From: Myxococcales bacterium | Lineage (GTDB): Bacteria; Myxococcota_A; UBA9042 | Length of the DNA: 64,000 nt | Direction of reading: 5' to 3' | Assembly (NCBI GenBank): GCA_037441385.1 | Contig: JBBISH010000021.1 | Location: 1-64,000 of the forward strand | In this document: positions 30,639-39,762 of the stretch, piece after piece | How positions within the stretch are numbered: the stretch's first letter is position 1 | Layout: every line of letters begins with the position of its first letter | Translations under genes and position numbers: made by a program | Notes under the pieces: model-generated | What the model was told of the DNA's origin: nothing | Seen by the model: the letters and a program-made list of their open reading frames with translations, nothing else | Databases searched by the model: none

Positions 30639-30653
30639 CGCATGTTCCTTGGT

Positions 30654-31973
30654 CTACTTGAAGTAGGGAGCCAGCGTCGCAGCCATACCGCCGGCGGGGG
30701 CGCCATTGAACTTCTTTAGGATTTTGAAGGTCTTGGCGTCGATAATCATGTTCAGGGGCGTCGAGCCCGCCGTGTTGAACGGCGACACGTTCTTTTCAAA
30801 GTCGACGCCCGTCGCGCCCACGCCGCCCAGCTTCTTGATCCAGTTGCGGGCAAGGTCCAGCTTGGCCGGGGTGTTCTGGGTAGCGCCGTCGAAAAGCACC
30901 TGGTAGATGCCCAGCTTGGGATAGGTCTTGAGCAACTGCTTGAAGCCGGTGGTCTCTTCCTGGCAGGGGCCGCACCAGCCGGCCGCCACGTTGAACAGGA
31001 TCACTTTGAAGTCGTTCTTGGCCGCGTACTCTTTGAACGTGATGCGCTTGGCGGGCTCGCCGGCGCCGTCGGCGGTGGTCAGGATGCTGCCGTCGCCGTC
31101 GTTGTCGGTGTAGCCAACGATGGCGAAATCGGTAAAGGTGTCGTTGGTTTCCATGGTGCCGTGCAGCGAGGCGACGCACTTGGGCTGCTTTTGGTCGGCC
31201 GGCACGCACTGCTTGGGCACGCTGGCGCTGCTGGAGATCTGCTCGCACGAGTAGCCGTCGGGGCAGGTGCTGCCGTCGCACGGCGCTGAGCAGAACTGCT
31301 CGCCGGAGTAGGTAAAGGTGAGGCAGAAGCCGCCCTCGCCGCAGGCGCCGGTGGCCGAGCACGACGAGCACAGGCTGCCGTCGCCCTGGCAGGTGCCGGC
31401 GGTGTGTACACAGGCCATACCGCCCTCGTCCACGTCTTGGCACACCGCGTAGCGCGGGCAGCCCGTCTTCTTGGCGCAATCGCGCGAGCAGTACTTGCCG
31501 TCGCCCATGGTCACGCACCGGCCACCGGCGCCGCATTGGGCGTCGTCGCTGCACTGCGAGCAGAAACCGCGCGGCTGGCAAAATTGCTGGCCAGCCTTGC
31601 CCAGGCAGCGGTAGTCGGCTGGGCAGTCGGCGTCGCCGCCGCAGGCCACGGTGCAGATCGCCGAGGCCGAATTGGGGTCACCAACGCATTGGACATCATT
31701 GGAGGGGCAGTCGATGTCGCCCGCGCAGGGCACGCCCATATTGGCCGAGAACGTCTTGGGGCCGCTCGAGTCCGTTGCCCCGGCGTCGCCGGTCACGACG
31801 GTGCCGCCGCCCAGCTGCGCGCCCATGCCGATGTCGTCGCCTTGTTTGCTGGTTGCGCTGGCGCCCGAGCTCTGCGCATCGCAGCCCGCCAAGGTCAACC
31901 CCACCGCGGCCAACCCCACCGCGGTCACGGCGGCCAAGGTGGCCACGAACTGCTTGCCTACCAAAGAAATCAT
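30654..31973 (-). CDS. Lipoprotein with a Cys-rich domain and a C-terminal TlpA-like thioredoxin domain
   Basis: GAGGA SD, ATG 31973, lipobox LAGC, Cys-rich repeats, FNVAAGWCGPC, cis-Pro STPLNMIID. Confidence 0.85.
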   Translation of the reverse strand: MISLVGKQFVATLAAVTAVGLAAVGLTLAGCDAQSSGASATSKQGDDIGMGAQLGGGTVVTGDAGATDSSGPKTFSANMGVPCAGDIDCPSNDVQCVGDPNSASAICTVACGGDADCPADYRCLGKAGQQFCQPRGFCSQCSDDAQCGAGGRCVTMGDGKYCSRDCAKKTGCPRYAVCQDVDEGGMACVHTAGTCQGDGSLCSSCSATGACGEGGFCLTFTYSGEQFCSAPCDGSTCPDGYSCEQISSSASVPKQCVPADQKQPKCVASLHGTMETNDTFTDFAIVGYTDNDGDGSILTTADGAGEPAKRITFKEYAAKNDFKVILFNVAAGWCGPCQEETTGFKQLLKTYPKLGIYQVLFDGATQNTPAKLDLARNWIKKLGGVGATGVDFEKNVSPFNTAGSTPLNMIIDAKTFKILKKFNGAPAGGMAATLAPYFK

Positions 31974-32126
31974 GCTGTCCTCACTGTTACTTTCTGGCTC
32001 AAATGCTGGCTGGGCTTGCCGGATCGGCAGCCTGGATGTGCGGAATTGAGTCCGGTTTGTGCCGACTTGGAGCGTACTGGCGACGCCGCGGCCCAAACTA
32101 TTAGGTTACTGCGACACAACCCGTCT

Positions 32127-32151
32127 AGCAAACGAAAACTGTGAGTTTGCT
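32127..32151. promoter_or_regulatory. Inverted repeat AGCAAAC-N11-GTTTGCT in a divergent promoter region
   Basis: Perfect 7-bp palindrome in the AT-richer gap between the thioredoxin operon and trmB. Confidence 0.3.
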
Positions 32152-32224
32152 TCAGAACGGCTGCCGCGGCAGTTGCACTGCATGACGGCCCCGACCTATG
32201 CTGCGCGTCCCTCGCGAGGAGCCC

Positions 32225-32956
32225 ATGCCGATCAAGACCTTCCATCTGCCCGACCCCGACCGCCAGCCGCCCACCGAGCGCCGCCGCCAACGCGCGCTGA
32301 TTGGCGGAGCGATCGAAAAACGCCGCGAGCACGGCACCCCCAGCAACTTGAAGGGGCGGTTTGTGCTGGATCCGGTGTATCGCGCCGAACACGAGGAGCA
32401 ACTGCGCGCCTGGTGCGATGCCAGCGATCCGCGGCCGCTGACGATCGAAGTCGGTTTCCAGATGGGCGAATTCGCCGCGGCCTATGCGGCCCAGCATCCC
32501 GAGCGCCGTTACCTGGGCTTCGAAGTGCGAAAGAGCTATTGCGAGACCGCCAGCGAGGCCTTTGAGGCCGGCGGCGTGAGCAACGCCCGCGTGGCCCTTG
32601 TGGATGCGCGCGAGATGATCCCGCGGGTGCTTCGGCCCGGCACGCTGGACGAGTTGCTGGTGTTCTTCCCCGATCCGTGGTGGAAGCCGCGTCACGTCAA
32701 AAAGCGCTTGATTTCTCCCGAATTCGTCGCCGACGCCGCCGACTGGTTGCGTCCTGGCGGGCGCCTGCTCTTCAAGTCCGACGTGCAGGACTACGCCGAC
32801 TGGGCGGCGGGCGTCTTCAGCGCCGACGGGCACTTTGACGTGGTGCGCCTGGAGGATCCGCAGGCCGGCATCCCGCTGACCCTGCGCGAGCGCCGCTGCC
32901 GCTACCACGGGCTGCCGACGTGGGCCGTGGAAGCGCGCCGGCAACCCGAAAAGTAG
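32225..32956 (+). CDS. trmB: tRNA (guanine-N7)-methyltransferase
   Basis: IEVGFQMG, LGFEVR, FFPDPWWKPRHVKKRL, FKSD; GAGGAG SD. Confidence 0.88.
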   Translation: MPIKTFHLPDPDRQPPTERRRQRALIGGAIEKRREHGTPSNLKGRFVLDPVYRAEHEEQLRAWCDASDPRPLTIEVGFQMGEFAAAYAAQHPERRYLGFEVRKSYCETASEAFEAGGVSNARVALVDAREMIPRVLRPGTLDELLVFFPDPWWKPRHVKKRLISPEFVADAADWLRPGGRLLFKSDVQDYADWAAGVFSADGHFDVVRLEDPQAGIPLTLRERRCRYHGLPTWAVEARRQPEK

Positions 32957-33109
32957 CGCGCAGCCGCGCCCCTTGTGGGCATGCGGAACTGTGACGAAAC
33001 GGCCCCGTGACGCCCCGGTGACGGCTTTTCCTCTGACGCAGCGCGTTGCACAATCGGCCGGGTTTTTTCGGCGCAGATTGGCGCCGGCACCGCGCACAGG
33101 AGCACCGCC

Positions 33110-35245
33110 ATGAGCTACGAATACCGCATGTGGGCAGGCATTTTGGTCTTGCTGGTGGGTCTGGGCCTGTTCGCCCGCACCATGCTGGGCCGCTTTGGCC
33201 TGTTGATGGCCGCCAAGCCCGAGACGCGGTGGGACCTGGTGCAAGCGCGCATCGACAACCTGCTCGAGATCGGCGTGGGCCAAAAGAAGATGTTCAAGGA
33301 TCCGTCGGATCCGGCATCGGGCTGGCTACACGCCTTTACGTTCTGGGGCTTCTGCGTGCTGGGCCTGCGGACCACCCAGCTGTTCGTGCAGGCGTTCATC
33401 CCCGAATGGCCCGTGCCGGTCATCGAGGAATTCTACGCCCCCATCAAGGATTACACGGCGCTGGTGGTGCTGGTGATGATCCTGGGCTTCTTTGCCCGGC
33501 GCCTGATCACCAAGCCCAAGCGCATCAACTACTCGCACGAGGCGCTGCTGATCCTGGGCTTCATCGGCGGGTTGATGGTCACGGAATTCCTGTACGAGGG
33601 CGGGCACTTTGGCGGCCTGATCGCGGCCGGCGATGCCCACGCAGCCGAGCACGTGGCGCACGCCCCGCTGGGCTCCGCGCTGGCGGCCTGGTTTGCCAAG
33701 TCGGGCATGAGCCCCAAGGCGCTGCAGATCTTTGGCGAAGCGAACTTCTGGATTCACTTGGTCATCGTCGTCACGTTCCTGAACCTGCTGCCGCTGTCCA
33801 AGCACTTCCACGTCATCACCTCGCTGCCCAACGTGTTCCTGTCGCGGCTGGAGCCCAAGGGCACGCTCAGCTTTGTCCCCGACATCGAGAAGGCGCTTGA
33901 AGAAGAGAAGCCGCTTGGGCTTTCCAAGCCTTCGGACCTGTCGTGGAAGCAGACGCTGGACCTGTTCACCTGCACCGAATGCGGCCGCTGCGAAGTGAAC
34001 TGCCCGGCGTGGAGCACGGGTAAGCCCTTGAATCCCAAGATGGTCATCCTGGATCTGCGCGACTACCTGTACAGCCACCAAAGCCAGATCATCGCCGCGA
34101 GCAAGCTGGCGATCTCGGGCGAGGTCAGCGCCGAAGCCGCCGCCGAGGCCGAGGACAAGCTTCCCGAGCTGATTGCGACCGTGAACCCCGACGCGATTTG
34201 GTCGTGCACCACCTGCCGCTCGTGCAGCGAGCAGTGCCCGGTGATGATCGAGCACGTGGACAAGATTCTGGACATCCGCCGCCACCTGACCATGACACGC
34301 AACGAGGCGCCCAAGGAATTGGCCAAGACGCTGGCGAACTTGGAGAGCAAGTCGAACCCGTGGGGCATGGCTTCGGGCAAGCGCGCCGACTGGGCCAAAG
34401 GCATGGACATTCCCACCCTGGACGACAACCCGAACCCCGAGTGGTTGTACTTTGTCGGCTGCGCCGGGTCGTTTGACGACCGCGCCAAGAAGATCACGCT
34501 GGCGACCGTGCAAGTGCTGCGCGCCGCCGGTGTGTCGTTCGCAATCCTGGGCAAGAAAGAGAAGTGCTCGGGCGACCTTGCGCGCCGTTCGGGCCAGGAA
34601 TACCTGTTCCAGGAGCAGGCGCGCGCCAACATCGAGATGTTCAACGAAGGCGGCGTCACCAAGATCCTGACGACCTGCCCACACTGCTACAACACCATCT
34701 TGAACGAGTACCCGCAGTTGGGCGGCCGTTACGAGGTGGTGCATCACGCGCAGTTCATCGCCGAGCTGGTCAAGGAAGGCCGCTTGAGCTTCGATCAGGG
34801 CCACGAGCACCAGAAGATCGTGTTCCACGACTCGTGCTACTTGGGCCGCTACAACGAAGTTTACGACGAGCCCCGCAAGGTGCTGGAAGCGGTCGGCAAC
34901 GTCGAGCTGGTCGAGATGGCGCGCAGCAAGAACCTGGGCATGTGCTGTGGCGCTGGCGGCGCGCGCATGTGGATGGAAGAGAAGGTCGGCACGCGCGTCA
35001 ACAACTTGCGCGTCGAACAGGCCATGGAGGCCCTGACCGAAGACGACCACCACGACCACGGGCACGGCGACCACCACGGTCACGGCTGCAAGACCGTCAT
35101 CGCCTCGTCATGCCCGTTCTGCATGACCATGCTGAGCGACGGCGTCAAGGCCAAGGACGCGGCAGAGTCCATTGATACCAAGGACATCGCCGAGATCGTC
35201 GCCGAGCGTCTGGCCAAGCCGGCTGGCGACGGCCCCTCCGCTTAA
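33110..35245 (+). CDS. Membrane-bound Fe-S oxidoreductase (FadF/HdrD-like: TM domain, two 4Fe-4S motifs, two CCG domains)
   Basis: CTECGRCEVNCP, CTTCRSCSEQCP, FVGC, TCPHC, FHDSCYLGR, CCGAGG, SCPFC. Confidence 0.92.
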   Translation: MSYEYRMWAGILVLLVGLGLFARTMLGRFGLLMAAKPETRWDLVQARIDNLLEIGVGQKKMFKDPSDPASGWLHAFTFWGFCVLGLRTTQLFVQAFIPEWPVPVIEEFYAPIKDYTALVVLVMILGFFARRLITKPKRINYSHEALLILGFIGGLMVTEFLYEGGHFGGLIAAGDAHAAEHVAHAPLGSALAAWFAKSGMSPKALQIFGEANFWIHLVIVVTFLNLLPLSKHFHVITSLPNVFLSRLEPKGTLSFVPDIEKALEEEKPLGLSKPSDLSWKQTLDLFTCTECGRCEVNCPAWSTGKPLNPKMVILDLRDYLYSHQSQIIAASKLAISGEVSAEAAAEAEDKLPELIATVNPDAIWSCTTCRSCSEQCPVMIEHVDKILDIRRHLTMTRNEAPKELAKTLANLESKSNPWGMASGKRADWAKGMDIPTLDDNPNPEWLYFVGCAGSFDDRAKKITLATVQVLRAAGVSFAILGKKEKCSGDLARRSGQEYLFQEQARANIEMFNEGGVTKILTTCPHCYNTILNEYPQLGGRYEVVHHAQFIAELVKEGRLSFDQGHEHQKIVFHDSCYLGRYNEVYDEPRKVLEAVGNVELVEMARSKNLGMCCGAGGARMWMEEKVGTRVNNLRVEQAMEALTEDDHHDHGHGDHHGHGCKTVIASSCPFCMTMLSDGVKAKDAAESIDTKDIAEIVAERLAKPAGDGPSA

Positions 35246-35257
35246 CTGGTCGCGCAC

Positions 35258-35287
35258 TTGACGGAATTGCGACCCCCAGCGTAGGGT
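35258..35287 (+). promoter_or_regulatory. Possible sigma70-type promoter
   Basis: TTGACG-N18-TAGGGT upstream of the lipoprotein gene at 35366. Confidence 0.3.
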
Positions 35288-35365
35288 CGCCGTGCTGAGC
35301 CGACGTGTGGTTCGCTCGGCCTTCTTTTCCACAAGAGGGCACCCTGGCCTTCTTACGAGGTTCCT

Positions 35366-35788
35366 ATGTTGGCTACCCTGCGTCGGATTCGGTTCACTCA
35401 CCTCCTGCTCGCGGCTCTGCTGGTGTTCGCGGTGGCTTGTGGCGGCAAGGCTTCTCAGAAGCTGATCGGCAAGTGGACCGTGGATCTGGAGAAGATGTCC
35501 GAGATGGACGAAATCAAGAAGATGCCCGAGGACCAGCGCAAGGCCGCGCTTGAAATGGCGAAGGGCATGATGGCGCAGATGACCTTCGAGTTCACCGCCG
35601 ACAAGATGACCATCGACATGATGGGCCAGAAGAAAGAAGGCACCTACAAGGTCAAGTCGGAAGAAGGCGACAAGGTCACCATCGAAGGCACGATGGACGG
35701 CAAGACCGAGACGCTGGAAGCCACCTTCAAGGGCGACGGCATGGTGCTGGGCAAGGACAAGCAGACCTTCCCGCTCAAGCGCAAGTAG
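35366..35788 (+). CDS. Small lipoprotein, lipocalin-like beta-barrel, function unknown
   Basis: Lipobox AVAC, LIGKW motif, beta-strand pattern, strongly biased codons. Confidence 0.8.
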   Translation: MLATLRRIRFTHLLLAALLVFAVACGGKASQKLIGKWTVDLEKMSEMDEIKKMPEDQRKAALEMAKGMMAQMTFEFTADKMTIDMMGQKKEGTYKVKSEEGDKVTIEGTMDGKTETLEATFKGDGMVLGKDKQTFPLKRK

Positions 35789-35800
35789 GCGATTCGACGT

Positions 35801-35844
35801 GCGGGCTCCGCTCTGGCTTGGCCGGGCGGAGCCTCGCCATTTTT
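35801..35844 (+). terminator. Probable intrinsic terminator
   Basis: GGCTCCGCTCTGGC-TTG-GCCGGGCGGAGCC hairpin followed by a T-run, just after the stop at 35788. Confidence 0.55.
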
Positions 35845-35871
35845 GACCGCGGCGACCATTCCGAGGCCAAC

Positions 35872-36477
35872 GTGGTACTTCTCAATCGAATCTACACGCG
35901 TACCGGCGACGACGGCAGCACCGGCTTGGTCGGCGGCGAACGCGTGGGCAAAGACGACCTGCGCATCGAGGCCTATGGCACGGTCGACGAGCTGAACGCC
36001 TGCATCGGCCTGGTGCGCGACGCCAACACGCGCCACCAAAGCGACGCCGAGGCGCGGGAGCAGCTGGATGGGCAATTGCTGAACATTCAGCAGCGGTTGT
36101 TCGATCTGGGGGCGTCGCTCGCGACTCGGCCGGACAGCCGCCGCCCAGGGCAGCCCTGCCCCACGGCCAGCGACATTGCCTGGCTGGAGCAGACCTTGGA
36201 CGCCATGAACGCCGAGCTGCCGCCGCTGAATTCCTTTGTGCTTCCAGGAGGTGGGCCGATCGCCGCCCCGCTGCACCTGGCGCGGACGGTGTGTCGACGC
36301 GGCGAGCGCGCCACGGTGCGCCTGGGCCGCCACGAAGCTGTAGAGGACGCGGACGTCAAGTACTTGAACCGCTTGAGCGATTGGCTGTTCGTCGCCTCGC
36401 GGTGGGTGGCCAAGCGGTCGGGTGAGCCTGAGCCGCTGTGGGCGCCTTGGGCAGAAAAGCCCAGCGCGAACCCGTAG
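35872..36477 (+). CDS. pduO: ATP:cob(I)alamin adenosyltransferase, PduO type
   Basis: IYTRTGDDG, RIEAYGTVDELN, LFDLG, FVLPGG, RTVCRRGER, YLNRLSD. Confidence 0.94.
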   Translation: MVLLNRIYTRTGDDGSTGLVGGERVGKDDLRIEAYGTVDELNACIGLVRDANTRHQSDAEAREQLDGQLLNIQQRLFDLGASLATRPDSRRPGQPCPTASDIAWLEQTLDAMNAELPPLNSFVLPGGGPIAAPLHLARTVCRRGERATVRLGRHEAVEDADVKYLNRLSDWLFVASRWVAKRSGEPEPLWAPWAEKPSANP

Positions 36478-36486
36478 CCAACGCGC

Positions 36487-37476
36487 TCAAGCCAGCAAGC
36501 GCACGGCCGCCACCTCGGCCCCCAACAGGCCGGCGTTTTGGTCCAGCACCACCGCGATCGGCAGTTGCTGCAGCAGCCCCACATAGCGGCCCTTGTCGGC
36601 AAAGTGCTGGACAAAGCTTGCATCGGTCAGCAACGGCAGGATCTTGGGCGCGATACCGCCGCCCAGCAGCACGCCGCCGGTCGCCAGGATCGACAGGGCG
36701 AAGTTGCCGGCCTGGCGGGCATACAGGCGCAGGAACCACTGCACCGCGCGCAGGGCCACCGGACACGTGCCCGCCACCGCCGCCTGGCCGATGCTGGCGC
36801 CCGCTTCGGGACCTCCCAGCGCAGCGCGGACCTGGGCATGAGGCTCCAGCCCCTTGACTTGCATCAGAAACTCGAGGATCAGCACCAGGCCTGGACCCGA
36901 GACCAGCCGCTCCCACGACACGTGCGGACCGGCGCCCTGCCCGACCAGCTTTGTGCGCGCAAAATCCAGCAGATCCTGATCATCCGCGTCGGCGGGGGCG
37001 AATTCCACGTGGCCGCCCTCGGTCGCGCCGGGCAGGTGGCGCTCGCCGGTCCAAAACAGCTGGGCTTGCCCCAAGCCCGTCCCGGCCGCCACCACGGCGA
37101 TCGTTCCCTGCCGCGGCACGCCCACTTGCAGCACGTGCAGCGCCGACTTGGGCAGGTGCAGCGCCCCCAGCGCCAGCGCCTCCAGGTCGTTCAGCAGCGC
37201 CGCCTGCGGCACGCCAAGTGCGCGCGCCAGCTCGCGTTGTTCGATGCGCCAGGGCAGGTTGGTGGTGGTCACGCAACCGTCGAGCACGGGACCGGCGATG
37301 CCAAACGCGGCGGCGGCGATCGTCCGGCCCGCCAAGAACTGCAGGCAGATGGGTTCCAGGCCAGCGAACTCGCCACTGCGAAAGACCTGGGCGTCCAGCT
37401 TGCGGCGGGTCTGCGCGTCGACGAGCCGCAAACGCGTTGAAGTTCCACCGATATCGCCTGCCAGAACGGTTGCCAT
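36487..37476 (-). CDS. glk: Glucokinase
   Basis: LAGDIGGT, GIAGPV, LLNDLEA, GTGLG, EGGH, ERLVSGPG, GGGIAPK; AAGGAGG SD before ATG 37476. Confidence 0.93.
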   Translation of the reverse strand: MATVLAGDIGGTSTRLRLVDAQTRRKLDAQVFRSGEFAGLEPICLQFLAGRTIAAAAFGIAGPVLDGCVTTTNLPWRIEQRELARALGVPQAALLNDLEALALGALHLPKSALHVLQVGVPRQGTIAVVAAGTGLGQAQLFWTGERHLPGATEGGHVEFAPADADDQDLLDFARTKLVGQGAGPHVSWERLVSGPGLVLILEFLMQVKGLEPHAQVRAALGGPEAGASIGQAAVAGTCPVALRAVQWFLRLYARQAGNFALSILATGGVLLGGGIAPKILPLLTDASFVQHFADKGRYVGLLQQLPIAVVLDQNAGLLGAEVAAVRLLA

Positions 37477-37631
37477 GTCGCCTCCTTGCGCGGCGGAGGG
37501 TAGCGCGATCGTCCGAGTGGCGGAAGTGGGGGCCGCCGACCCCAACCGCTGGCCGTGCGCGGCCTGCTCAATTGCCTGTGGCGCCATGGTGCGTCATCAT
37601 GGCCCCAGCGCGACCCGCGACGGAGGAACCC

Positions 37632-38441
37632 ATGTCCAGCCCACAGATGGCCAAGAAGCCCGCTCACGAACACGACAATGCCAAATTCCGCTCGAACAAG
37701 GACGAGAAGGCGTATCTGGACGCCGCCCGTACCGCGGAAGCGGCCGCCCGCGTGGTGGAAAAGGCGATGGGCAAGGGCTATGCCGAGCAGAAGTCGGCCC
37801 TGAAGCCCAAGGACAAGCACGCCGCTCGCGAGCTGGGCCCGGTCAGCGACGACAAGAAGAAGATCGGCGTCGCCGAAGCCGTTGAGCGCGCCCACGACGA
37901 GCACGCCGAGCACGGCCAGCACGAAGCTAAGGGCGAGCACCCAGTGCACGAGGCCAAGGCGCTGTTGGTGGCTGCCGCGCACCACGCGACCAAGCAAGCC
38001 GAAAAGGCCGCCCATCCCGACAAGCACAAGGATCTGCCCGAGGTGATGGCCAAGCACGACGAGAAGAAGGCCGAAAAGAAGGGCACCGACAAGAAGAAGG
38101 TCAAAGAAGCCAAGAAAGAGCAGAAGAAGGCCGCCGACAAGAAGGGCGACAAAGAAGCCCACGCCGCCGGCATCGCCGCGGTGGCCAAGGACAAGCACAA
38201 GGGCCAGAAAGACGACAAGTCGCAGCAAAAGCTCAAGGGCAAGCAGGCCAAGAAGACCGACGAGCACAAAGAGCAAGGCCACGGCAGCCCGGCCGAAGCG
38301 CTGGCGGCCGAGACCATCAAGGCGGTCAAGGACAAGAAGGCCGAGAAGAAGGGCAAGAAGAAGCCCGCCCACGCCGAGCAGCACGCGGCCGAGACCAAGA
38401 AGAAAGAGCAGCAGGGCAAGGCCGCGCCCAAGCACGCGTAA
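37632..38441 (+). CDS. Highly charged Lys/Ala/Glu/His-rich low-complexity protein
   Basis: GGAGG SD and ATG 37632; AAG/GCC/GAG/CAC codon bias; no hydrophobic segment. Confidence 0.75.
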   Translation: MSSPQMAKKPAHEHDNAKFRSNKDEKAYLDAARTAEAAARVVEKAMGKGYAEQKSALKPKDKHAARELGPVSDDKKKIGVAEAVERAHDEHAEHGQHEAKGEHPVHEAKALLVAAAHHATKQAEKAAHPDKHKDLPEVMAKHDEKKAEKKGTDKKKVKEAKKEQKKAADKKGDKEAHAAGIAAVAKDKHKGQKDDKSQQKLKGKQAKKTDEHKEQGHGSPAEALAAETIKAVKDKKAEKKGKKKPAHAEQHAAETKKKEQQGKAAPKHA

Positions 38442-38462
38442 CGGCCGAGAACTGCACGGGAT

Positions 38463-39677
38463 CTAGACCGAGCGCAACGCCTCGACCGGCGACAGCCGCG
38501 ACGCCCGCCATGCCGGGCCGACGGCGGCGATCAGCGTCACCACCACCACAATCGAGAGGGTCACCACCACGGCGATGGCGCCGATGTGCGGGTGCAAGAC
38601 CACCGGGATCTCGCCACCTGGTGCCTTGATGCGCAAGCCATTGTGGTCCAGCAGCCAGGTCGCCAACAGGCCCACCGTGCCGCCGGCCGTGGCGCCAAAC
38701 AGGCCCAGGAAGGCCGACTCGGCCATGACCATGCGCAGGATCTTCTCGCGGCGCACGCCCAGGGCCAGCATGGTGCCGAACTCGCGGACCCGCTCGTGCA
38801 CCGACATCACCATCGTGTTGGCCACGCCGGTGAGCAGCAGCAGCATCAGCACGCCGATGTTGAGGCGGAGCACGCCGTTGAACACCCCGAAGATGCTGCG
38901 CAATTGCGGCAGTAGGTCCAGCCACGACACCACTTGGTACTCGGGGCCCAGTTGGGCTTGCAGCTCGCGTGCCACCACGTCGGCGGTTTCTACACTGTCG
39001 ACGCCGACCGCGTACTCGGTGACTTTGCTAGGCAGACTGAGCAGTTCCTGGGCATAGGCCAGCGGTAGGGTTACCGAGCGCTTGTCTTCAAACGCGGTGG
39101 ACGGGGCCGCCACGCCGTCGACCTTCAAGTCGAGCATGTTGGGACGACCGCCGGGGGCATTGGCCAAAAGTTGAAGGGTGGCACCCGGTTTGGCGTCCAG
39201 ACCACTCGCGAGCGAAGTGCCCAGGATGCCCTCGGCCACGCTTTGGGCGGTGAGCGCGGCGCCGGTGACGTTGGCAAAGCGGTTGATGCAGACCGACGTC
39301 TCGGTGGCGCTGGCGATGGCGGTCACGTTGGCCTGGGTGGACTGGGCGCCGTTGCCGATCATCGCCTCGAAGGTCAGGCGCGGGCTGACGGCGCGCACCC
39401 CTTTGACGCCCTTGATTTTCTGCACCAAGGCGGGGTCGTAGGCCATCGCGAAATTGAGGGCATCTTGATCGGCCTGCAGGTGGCCCTTCTTGTGGACCTG
39501 CACGGCGCCCACGCGGCCGTCGACCATCACCGAGCCGATCATCCCCATGATGCCGGCGACAAAGCCCTGGGCGAAGATGGCGGCGGCGACCCCCAAGGTG
39601 ATGCCGGCCAGGGTGACCAGACTGCGGCGGCGGTTGCGCATGGTGTTGCGCAGGGCGAGGAACAGGACTTTGCGCAT
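38463..39677 (-). CDS. ABC transporter permease, FtsX/MacB/LolE-like
   Basis: MRKVLFLALRNTMRNRRRS, VANTMVMSVHERVREFG, PAWRASRLSPVEAL. Confidence 0.92.
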   Translation of the reverse strand: MRKVLFLALRNTMRNRRRSLVTLAGITLGVAAAIFAQGFVAGIMGMIGSVMVDGRVGAVQVHKKGHLQADQDALNFAMAYDPALVQKIKGVKGVRAVSPRLTFEAMIGNGAQSTQANVTAIASATETSVCINRFANVTGAALTAQSVAEGILGTSLASGLDAKPGATLQLLANAPGGRPNMLDLKVDGVAAPSTAFEDKRSVTLPLAYAQELLSLPSKVTEYAVGVDSVETADVVARELQAQLGPEYQVVSWLDLLPQLRSIFGVFNGVLRLNIGVLMLLLLTGVANTMVMSVHERVREFGTMLALGVRREKILRMVMAESAFLGLFGATAGGTVGLLATWLLDHNGLRIKAPGGEIPVVLHPHIGAIAVVVTLSIVVVVTLIAAVGPAWRASRLSPVEALRSV

Positions 39678-39762
39678 GGCGGGGCTCCAGAACGCGGACA
39701 GCCGCAGGATCGGCCATGCCGCGCGGGGATGCAAGAACGAGCGGGTGTGTAAATTTTCTGCA

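Noticed and set aside
30372..30661. Short plus-strand ORFs over the selenoprotein 5' end, and GTG 30536 as the start
   Set aside because: The minus-strand SD, signal peptide and CxxU reading explains the region better; a start at 30536 leaves an outer-membrane-like protein with no export signal
36951..37631. N-terminal part of the 496-aa ORF
   Set aside because: Overlaps glk on the other strand; SD and ATG at 37632 mark the real start
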